Positions 56,098 to 64,000 of a stretch of 64,000 bases of DNA are shown here, piece after piece. Position 1 is the first letter of the stretch, and each line of letters begins with the position of its first letter. The translations under genes and the position numbers were made by a program. Location: assembly GCA_963695855.1 (NCBI GenBank), contig CAVOHZ010000003.1, positions 384,001 to 448,000 of the forward strand, given 5' to 3'. This DNA is from an uncultured Nitrososphaerales archaeon (lineage in GTDB: Archaea; Thermoproteota; Nitrososphaeria; Nitrososphaerales; Nitrososphaeraceae). Below the pieces are notes generated by a model. The model was given only the letters and a program-made list of their open reading frames with translations, was not told where the DNA came from and did not search any database.

Positions 56098-56346
56098 ATG
56101 TCAACAACCAGGAGTTTTAGTTCAACACAAGGTTTGGATTTAGCACGGTACATCATGCATAGGTTAAAGGATGACCAAAATTTTAATACTGATATGATTG
56201 CAAAAAAATTTGACAATAACGAAAAATTTGTCAAATCTATATTGGACTTTCTGAAAGAGATGGAATGGATATCAGAGGATCAGAATGGGAAATATTGTCT
56301 CACATCTCTAGGACATGAAAAATGCTTAGATCAATTGAGATTCTGA
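56098..56346 (+). CDS. small winged-helix protein
   Basis: IAKKF...ILDFLKEMEWI...GKYCLTSLG wing pattern. Confidence 0.7.
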   Translation: MSTTRSFSSTQGLDLARYIMHRLKDDQNFNTDMIAKKFDNNEKFVKSILDFLKEMEWISEDQNGKYCLTSLGHEKCLDQLRF

Positions 56347-56571
56347 ATATCAATCGATATTAATTAGCAATAATGCCAGAGTAATAAAATTATTGTTAGG
56401 CTTAAATAATTGAGAAAATAAAAAAGAAAAAAATCTTCTACTGTTAACTTCATTACTGGTAGTAACAATGTCACAACAGTAATAGGTTAATTATGGAAAA
56501 AAAGAAGAAAATGGCTGTTTCATTTGTATACTAGTTGTCAAGGTTTCCTTGGCATATATTTTCCTAGATAA

Positions 56572-56799
56572 TTATTCTCCGTGTAGAATTTCAAAATGGT
56601 TTTCTATATTACACGTATGTGATTCTACCGGTCCTATTGTTCGGGTTGCCTCAATAGGCTTAGTAGGACTTGAAGTACAATCTCCTGTAAATATTACAAT
56701 TTGTATACTAACGCCACCAATGGTTGGGTTTTGCTGGAGAAAATCATTCGGTTGTCTCGAATTCGCAGTCCTAGTAAGAACTGTATTTGATTTCTTCAT
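56572..56799 (-). CDS. hypothetical protein, divergent from the MEDS gene
   Basis: ATG ORF, GC-richer; accounts for the unlikely 5' extension of 56549..57862. Confidence 0.4.
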   Translation of the reverse strand: MKKSNTVLTRTANSRQPNDFLQQNPTIGGVSIQIVIFTGDCTSSPTKPIEATRTIGPVESHTCNIENHFEILHGE

Positions 56800-56851
56800 A
56801 AGTTGGTATATTTATATACTAATAGCTCATATCTATATAAAACAGAGCCTG

Positions 56852-57862
56852 ATGGATGCTTATAACAATAATAATTTTACCAAACTAATATACAAAGAAC
56901 ATATTATGCTATTGTACGATGATAAGAATAAGCGTAATAATATTATAATAGAATATATTAATGAAGGATTAAAAAATGGCTGTTTATGTATATATGCGTC
57001 GGTGGATATAGACAATTTTAAAAGTATTTCATTAATAGATAGTTTGTCTTCTAGAGTAATAAATTATGAAGAGAATATTAGAAATGGAAATCTACTATTT
57101 ATCAATTTTAAAGCTTATTATGAATCTGCACTTAAAGGAGATTTAACACTATTTGAAAAGTTGAAATCAGAATTAGAATATGCATTGTATAAGCGTCTTT
57201 CTGAAGGAAAAAAAGATAAAATACTAATCTTTGCCGATGCAGCTTGTGCTTTATCTGAAACTAGACATTTTAAAGAATGCATAGATTTGGAAAAATGGTG
57301 GCAGAAAGTTAATTTAGATTGGGTAAGAAATAACATGGATATCACCGTAGTATGTCCTCATGCCAACTATGTCTTTAAGGAAAATTCATTACAAGAAATA
57401 AAGAATAAAATTAGCAATTTTCATGATGCCACCATTGACATAGAAGAGGAACAGTCTTTGCAATATTTTTATAATTTAATTTTCAAAAGTAGGGATTTTG
57501 ATGATTCGGTTAATTATGAACAAACAATCAAGATTATGAAAGATATAAAGCACAATTTTATGGAAGAACATAAGAATATCATCAATACGTATTATTCAAT
57601 ATATTCTAAATGTTTAGATGATATAATTTATCATAATTTGAATAATTCAAAAACTATAGAAGAATATTCTAAAATATATGATAACACAAACAGAAATTTA
57701 ATGAATAATCAAACTAATAATACAAGAATGATCGATGATATTATTAATAAAAATATGGATACATTTATTAAATCAATAGAATTTGCAAATAAATTTTACT
57801 TTGACGTTGTCCAAAGCTATTATAATTATATAATGAGGATTAACAAATCAGCGGAAAGATAA
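56852..57862 (+). CDS. MEDS-domain protein with Asn-rich helical C-terminal domain
   Basis: EHIMLLY...YINEGLKNG..CIYA...LEKWW...VVCP matches MEDS. Start reassigned to ATG 56852 (track gives 56549). Confidence 0.8.
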   Translation: MDAYNNNNFTKLIYKEHIMLLYDDKNKRNNIIIEYINEGLKNGCLCIYASVDIDNFKSISLIDSLSSRVINYEENIRNGNLLFINFKAYYESALKGDLTLFEKLKSELEYALYKRLSEGKKDKILIFADAACALSETRHFKECIDLEKWWQKVNLDWVRNNMDITVVCPHANYVFKENSLQEIKNKISNFHDATIDIEEEQSLQYFYNLIFKSRDFDDSVNYEQTIKIMKDIKHNFMEEHKNIINTYYSIYSKCLDDIIYHNLNNSKTIEEYSKIYDNTNRNLMNNQTNNTRMIDDIINKNMDTFIKSIEFANKFYFDVVQSYYNYIMRINKSAER

Positions 57863-58266
57863 TCTTATTATCTTATTGTAGAACTATTATTAATGCTAAT
57901 GATACAATAAGTATTTGTATTCCAGAAAATATTGGTTTAATCAAATATTAATAATTTACTTCAGATAGATTTATTTAAATTTTTTATACTTTAATTTATG
58001 TATAATTTTATAACAAATAACAACAATTTACTTACCAAAATTAAAACATAAACTTAAAACTGTTTTGTATTCAAAAACCTAAAATCTTAATGATATAGTT
58101 GGTGGTATTGTCCAAATATAAATCACTTAACGAAAAATAGTATATATCAATTGGTGATAAAATTTAGATAAACGAAAATACAATACGATACCATTTATTA
58201 ATTTCTTTTTTAATTGAATCTCGGAATGGAAGTTTCAGGTTTGAATAATTTGAAAAACATGATTTA

Positions 58267-59171
58267 GAGCCTATCCCAAAAATAGATAGGAATATAGCTC
58301 CTTTGTTTCTTATCATATCTGATAATGTTTAATAAAAAGTATGGTAGAACAATCATACGCATTCCAGATGATCTTTGGAATGAAATTGAAGATATTTTAC
58401 CAGATGAGAAACCGGAGAACACCATAGGTCGTCCAATTGTTCCATACAGAAAAGTCCTTGATGGAATAATGTTTATACTAAGAACTGGATGTCAGTGGAA
58501 AATGTTACCCAAAGAATATGGTTCTGGTTCAACATGTCATAGAAGATTTCAAGAATGGGTACAATCAGATATATATATTTGATAGAATCTGAACAAGATT
58601 GCTACAAATATATGATTTAACGAAGGGAATCAAATGGAACTGGCAATCACTTGACAGCATCTCTATAAAGTCACCTTTAGGGAGGCGAGGACAGGCCATA
58701 ATCCTACTGACAGAAGCAAATTAGGCACCAAAAGACATATTCTTACAGATAAAGATGGTATTCCTCTCTCTACTGTTATAATATCTGCGAATACTCACAA
58801 TGATGTTACTACTGTTGCAATTGATACAGTTGATAACATTGTAATCAAAAGACCATCATCATCTTCCAAAGTAAAGCATAACCAGAAGAAACAAAATCTG
58901 TGTCTTGATAAAGCATACCATTCCAACGAAGTAGAACAAGAAATGGTCAAAAGGGGATACATACCGCATATACGACACAGAAGAGAAAAAGAAAGAATAT
59001 TTTCTACAAAATATCCCTCAAGAAGATGGGTTGTAGAGAGAACAAATTCATGGCACAATAGATTGAGGAAGTTATTTACAAGATATGAAAAAAAGGATGA
59101 GAACTATCTAGGTCTTGTACAATTAGCAAATAGCATAATTGTTTACAGGAGGATAATTTTGGGATAGGCTC
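58267..59171 (+). mobile_element. IS5-family (IS1031/IS427-like) element with degraded transposase
   Basis: Perfect 15-bp TIRs GAGCCTATCCCAAAA and TTA target duplication; pieces 58325..58582 (LRTGCQWKMLP..GSGSTCHRRFQEW), GTKRH, LDKAY, and 58943..59167 (RWVVERTNSW..LRKL..RYEK). Confidence 0.92.
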
Positions 59172-59809
59172 TTAGTAATAAAATTACATAACGAAAGAAA
59201 ACATATAAAGAAATCGCCTCTATCACTCACGCATCTATAAAGGATATAAAACCCTCAATAAAACATATGAGCTAGAGTTGGCACCAGAAATATAAAGAGG
59301 AGATGACCAAACTAAACCTATTAAAAAAATTTCTAGAAATAGTAGAGCATACGAATTATTGTTACAAAAAATCCAGTTGAGGTTACATCTGAATTATATT
59401 TGTGTTATGAGTAAAAAGAAAATTTTCACACGAGTTCGGTGGGACTAGGCTTGCTAGCAATCTGTTTTTGGAACTCTAGAATACAATATAATTTGAATTT
59501 TAATGCTAGTAATTAACTGATTTTCATCTATTTATTTAAGACAAACAACTAGCAAAATCTATGTTTTTACCAGTTGTAGGGGAATAATATAAAGTATGTA
59601 ATACTCCCATATACTGGAATACTGTAAAAAAAGGGGAGTATTCGAAAGTCCTACAAAGACAGGAAACATATCTGTCCGTATTTGCAAAAAGAAGAGCAAA
59701 TACAGCCACATTAAACAAAAAATAAGAAATACAAAATTTTTATTCTAAAATCTTCTGCGACTCAGACTATTACTTGAATAGTAATATTGCTGGAGTAATG
59801 ACAGATTAG

Positions 59810-60630
59810 TTAAAATAAAAAAATGTGGAGGTTATTAAATAGATTAGTTTGTAGCAAATCTAATATAGTTTTTGACCGTGCATACTTTATTTCCCCTGCT
59901 GCTAATGTTACGGTACTGCAATCGTTATCCTGTTCATCTACGTATTTGAAACATATCAGATATAGATTATTAGGAAGAGTTGGAAAACCAGGGTTGAACA
60001 GATCTCCACCATCAGAAAATCCATTACTAACGCAACGTTCTTCGGTTTGTGTTTGTGGATTTGAATATAACACATTGGGAGGAAACAAGCCACTATCATC
60101 TTTTATCTCGTTTACTGCATATGTACCTGCCTGTAGATTTTGAATCGTTGTCCCATCCACACTTCCTTCAAATTGCTCTAGTTGTGTATTCTGACTATCT
60201 AATACTTCTATATCGAATAGATTTTCTGTTAATCTCTGACAGAATTTTGGATCGGTTGGATCGTTGGTGAATGCACCAGGATCGGTACAGGGAAGCCATC
60301 TTGAATCATCGTGCAGGTCTTCACAAGTCATTCGCGCCTCAGGAGTATCAGGATCAAAAATATTGCAACCAAATACCTCTTTTTTCACAGTCAATGAGGC
60401 TGTTTCTGGTTGTGTTACACGACTCTGTTCATTCACATTAACATTTACGCATATATTTACTAGATTCTTGTTAAAGTTTATTTTATCTGCAAAACCATTA
60501 CCATTCTGTGCATTCCTCCATCTGGACCTGGCGCCTCTTCATTTGCTGCTCCTAAGGCAGTATCGTCATTAGGTATTTCGGTAATATCTATACCATTGAT
60601 ATCGGTGTTATCGTTTAAACATGATATTTT
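59810..60630 (-). pseudogene. lineage-specific Cys-containing (probably extracellular) protein, frameshifted; intact part 59810..60436
   Basis: Upstream fragments KISCLNDNTDINGIDITEIP and KINFNKNLVNICVNVN lead into the 208-aa ORF (LTVKKEVFGC...GTYAVNEIK). Confidence 0.55.
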
Positions 60631-61433
60631 CTGTATTTCTACCTGAGATCTTCCAACTGCATCTCCTGAATTTATGGTACTGGAAGAAATATGGAATATA
60701 TCTAAAAACGATCTTCTGGTCCTACAATACTATCCATCATTTACAGATTTCAGAAATAAAATATCCATATATACTTTAGAACAAAAAGATTCAACCTTAA
60801 TATGAGAAACCATTTGCTTGCTAAAATTGATAATTAGAAAACATAAGCTAGTTGGTATAGTTAGAAATGATTTTTAGGTATAATGTAAAATCCTCACAAT
60901 AGCAATCTCGCTAGAGATTTCAAGGTTCTGAATTATTGACTATAAGAAGAATTGAAAATGATGATTACGTAATAAGTATAATGTTGCGACGAGAGATTTC
61001 TATATAAGTATGGTTTTAAATACTATCCTAAAAGCCAAACTGGACCATAAACGGCTTAAGTAAAAATAGGTTATATACATCCGATTTTATATATACAAGC
61101 GAAATTCGTACAATTATAACAGATTTTTATAATAATTACAGAACGATATTTTAGTTATAGTAAATTTTTATAAAAATAATAATTATAAACAATAAAATTT
61201 ATATTCTAACTTTGTTATATAATACACACGTTCAAATTCTTTTGGGCGTCGATAAAGTGAACGTCTAGATATATCTGTCAACTATCTGGATGTTCACAAT
61301 ATAATGTTTTTTTGCTTTTACCATATTCCATGATCGGGTTCGGTGGAATGATACAGAAATTTCGATACAATCTAATTACATAGTGCAATGATTTTTAATA
61401 GTTATATGAATATAATGGTTTAGTATTGATAAA

Positions 61434-61820
61434 CTATTGTAATTCCTCTTTTATCTTATTTACCAATTCTTCTGCTTTAACAGATTTGCGTATAAAACAT
61501 CCTACATTTAAATCAGGAAACTCTTTTTTTAATGACTCATAATAAACCTCATATCCTGTAACAAAGCACTTTTTTATGTCTAGATTTTTGTTTTTCTTTC
61601 TTATTTGTTTGTAAAATTCAAATCCATTCATCTCTGCCATCTTTACGTCAACTAAAGCCAAATCATATAATCTTGGTTTAAAAGTTGATAATGCTTCTAA
61701 AGGATTGGAAAATGAATGAACTTGAAAACCAGTATTTTCTAATATTTGTTTAATTGCTATTAAAAAATCGTTATCATCATCTACAAGTAAAATTCTGTAG
61801 AATGGTTGGGATTGGCACAC
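61434..61820 (-). CDS. single-domain response regulator
   Basis: LLVDDD, ALVDVKMAEMNG, VTG, IRKS. Confidence 0.92.
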   Translation of the reverse strand: MCQSQPFYRILLVDDDNDFLIAIKQILENTGFQVHSFSNPLEALSTFKPRLYDLALVDVKMAEMNGFEFYKQIRKKNKNLDIKKCFVTGYEVYYESLKKEFPDLNVGCFIRKSVKAEELVNKIKEELQ

Positions 61821-61883
61821 ATAGGATGGGAAGATAGGAGTAAAAAAATTTTATTGAAATAATGATTAATTTTTGATATACTT

Positions 61884-62160
61884 CTATTTAGTTGAAATTA
61901 ATTCATCCTCAATCTGAGAGAATTCTTCTAATGCTGATTCAAGGTTTTCAACTATTTCTTGTGCTATTATGTTTGGTGTTGGAAGATTTTCAGAATCTTC
62001 AAGACTTGCATCTCTAAGCCAGAAAATATCAAGGTTGACTTTATCTCTTTTTAAAACTTCGTCATATGTAAAACCCTTGAATCTTTCCGTGCCTTTTCCT
62101 CTGTGTCTATTTTCAGGATTATAGCATTGTATAAAATCTTTCAAATCTTCGTATTTTATT
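61884..62160 (-). pseudogene. hsdM: orphan C-terminal fragment of type I R-M methyltransferase
   Basis: DLKDFIQCYNPENRH...ERF..FTYDE..KRDKVNLDIFWLRD.SLEDSENLP.P..IAQEIVENLESAL is the typical HsdM tail; no catalytic part present. Confidence 0.8.
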
Positions 62161-62201
62161 TTCCTCCAGTATCATAATCTTTTTAAAATAAAATTGTAAT
62201 T

Positions 62202-62909
62202 TTAAACTAAACCAAATCCAAATGCTATAGCCATAATAGCCAATATTATTGCACTTATTTTTGGAAGATATTTAGTATAATGAATTATTTTATCTTGTAT
62301 AGTAGTAATTACTTTAACTGATAAAATTGTAATACCTATTAAAGCAACAGATACCGATAGAGCATATACAATCATTAACAATAATGGATTTACTCCTGCT
62401 GCTGCTAAAGAAAGTATTACAAATTCTTCTTCATGTGCAAATCCTAATACTAAAGCAGAACCTGCTAATGCTGAGAGAGATGGTAATATTCTTATTTGAT
62501 GTGTATGTAGATGTCTATGAAATCCTTCATCTTTATGCCAATGAATGTGATTATGCTTAACCTCCTCAGAAAATTGGTGCAAATGACCATGTTGACTCTT
62601 CACTACATCCTCTGGTTTTTCTTTCCAAAACATATAAGCCAATATTCCAAGTGCAATTGCTGCAGCATAGTTGAGATAATTCTGAGGTACATAGATATAA
62701 GTGCTAAATAAAATAAATGCTAAAACTACAACTATTGAAGAAAGAAAATGAGCCGAAGCAAGTATGCCAGAACTTAAAATACTACTTAGTAGAGGTTTTT
62801 TGCTTCGCAGTCAATACAAAACTGCTATTGTCCATCCATGCGATGGGTTTATTCCATGTAAAAAACCAAAAATGATTATACCAGATAAGATGGCTATTAT
62901 TTCTTGCAA
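62202..62909 (-). pseudogene. Ni/Co transporter-like membrane protein (His-rich loop) with in-frame TGA
   Basis: From TTG 62909: GFLHGINPSHGWTIAVLY*LRSK... in frame with 62202..62642 (HGHLH...HNHIHWH...HRHLHTH, LGFAHEEE); TGA at 62811-62813. Confidence 0.8.
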
Positions 62910-63023
62910 TTATGTGGATACTAAATAAATATTTCATCTATTATAATCCTTTTTGGAGAAAAATCCAAGATTCTCTAACTAATTTTATAAAAATATAATC
63001 TGAAACAAAAATACTATTTTCTA

Positions 63024-63266
63024 TTGCGTAATAAAATATATTTTAGAAATTTTGAAAATGTTCTTCATGTTGCATATGATGTCACTAAATTAGACGAAAC
63101 TCGTTCAACTCTTCTAGCAGAAGTAGAAAAACTGAAACAAACGAGAAATAATTATCAAAATATTAATAAATGTATAATTGAGAGAATACCAAATGCTAGT
63201 CCTTGTCCATTTGGATTACCGCCCATCACATGGAGATTTCGAACAAATACAAATAATCCATTTTGA
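63024..63266 (+). CDS. hypothetical protein / fragment
   Basis: 80-aa ORF with short coiled-coil. Confidence 0.3.
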   Translation: MRNKIYFRNFENVLHVAYDVTKLDETRSTLLAEVEKLKQTRNNYQNINKCIIERIPNASPCPFGLPPITWRFRTNTNNPF

Positions 63267-63515
63267 TATTTAAGAGAAAATTATTCAATATATCATTTTT
63301 GAAAATAATTTTAAGTTTTGTAATTTTAATTATATATGAGCTTATAATATAATATAGAAAATAATACGCTCTCATAGTCCAAAATAGTTTCTACGTGTGA
63401 CATCATCCTTAGAACAAGATTGTCACACGATGAAAGCAAATTTACCCTAGAGAGAGAGGCAGATAAAATAATAATATTCATATGATTATATGAATAATTT
63501 GTAATTTAGATATAA

Positions 63516-64000
63516 TTGCCATATAATCATAAATCAAATTCTCCATCATCATCTCCTCAATCAGATAAAGATGATTCCATTCTTCTTATTGTAATTGCAT
63601 TTTCTATGGCCATAGGAATATTATTACCATCTTTTGGAATTATTTTTGAGCCATTTCTTTTGGTATGGTTAGGATTTTTATTATTTCTAAATCTATTAAA
63701 AATGGATCCACAACAGTTAACATTTATAATTAAAAAACCTCTTTTGATTGTAATATTTACAATTATCAAGCTTATAGCTATTCCTATATTATTATATGCA
63801 ATTACAAACATAGTTTATCCTTCTTTGGCACTTTCTGTACTTTTACTTTCAGGAATATCTACTGGACTTGGAGCACCATTTGTAATCAATGTATTTGAAA
63901 AAAGCAATAGGCTCCCATTTGTTGTTGGAATGATAATTTTAACATCTATTGCTGTACCATTTATTTTGCCTTCACTTGTATTTCTTTTAGTTGATGTGTC
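63516..64000 (+). CDS. bile acid:sodium symporter (SBF/Acr3-like) family transporter, runs off the window
   Basis: Hand translation SILLIVIAFSMAIGILLP...FEPFLLVWLGFLLFLNLLKMD...KKP...LLLSGISTGLGAPF...ILTSIAVPFILP; open to the window end; not in the ORF track. Confidence 0.8.
   Translation, partial: MPYNHKSNSPSSSPQSDKDDSILLIVIAFSMAIGILLPSFGIIFEPFLLVWLGFLLFLNLLKMDPQQLTFIIKKPLLIVIFTIIKLIAIPILLYAITNIVYPSLALSVLLLSGISTGLGAPFVINVFEKSNRLPFVVGMIILTSIAVPFILPSLVFLLVDV

Noticed and set aside
56549-56851. N-terminal 101 aa of the tracked MEDS ORF
   Set aside because: Atypical composition, overlaps an opposite-strand ORF and TATA-like elements; ATG 56852 fits the domain start.
59426-59462. GC-richer patch with GTTCG as a possible tRNA fragment or att site
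   Set aside because: No cloverleaf, no CCA end and no nearby integrase.
29814-62813. genome-wide TGA reassignment or selenocysteine
   Set aside because: TGA terminates normal genes here (e.g. USP at 28738), the expected residues at internal TGAs differ, and internal TAA and TAG also occur.

Overview
Very AT-rich, low-coding-density archaeal DNA. Gene content (cytoplasmic and Cache-type histidine kinases with 'HDKMQxEFINIAAHELRTP', solo receiver domains, MEDS, PRC-barrel-like and lineage-specific proteins) suggests a soil ammonia-oxidising thaumarchaeon of the Ca. Nitrosocosmicus type; this assignment is inference. The window is an accessory stress/signalling region. It holds an apparently intact bacterial-style NHEJ pair (Ku plus a three-domain PE-LIG-POL LigD), general-stress genes (USP, CBS, DUF1059, DUF2795, DUF6766, DUF72, PRC-like repeats, hydrophilin-like peptide), six IS copies (four IS630, two IS5) and an IS6-like remnant. 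Many genes carry a single lesion (in-frame stop or 1-2 bp indel). Unexplained non-coding signals are a two-hairpin kissing-loop RNA candidate (16876-16951), a multi-stem structured segment (1135-1296) and a ~630-bp element bounded by 62-bp inverted repeats with a tandemly reiterated left end (4947-5667). Several small ORFs missed by the ORF track were read by hand. No rRNA, tRNA or CRISPR array was seen.
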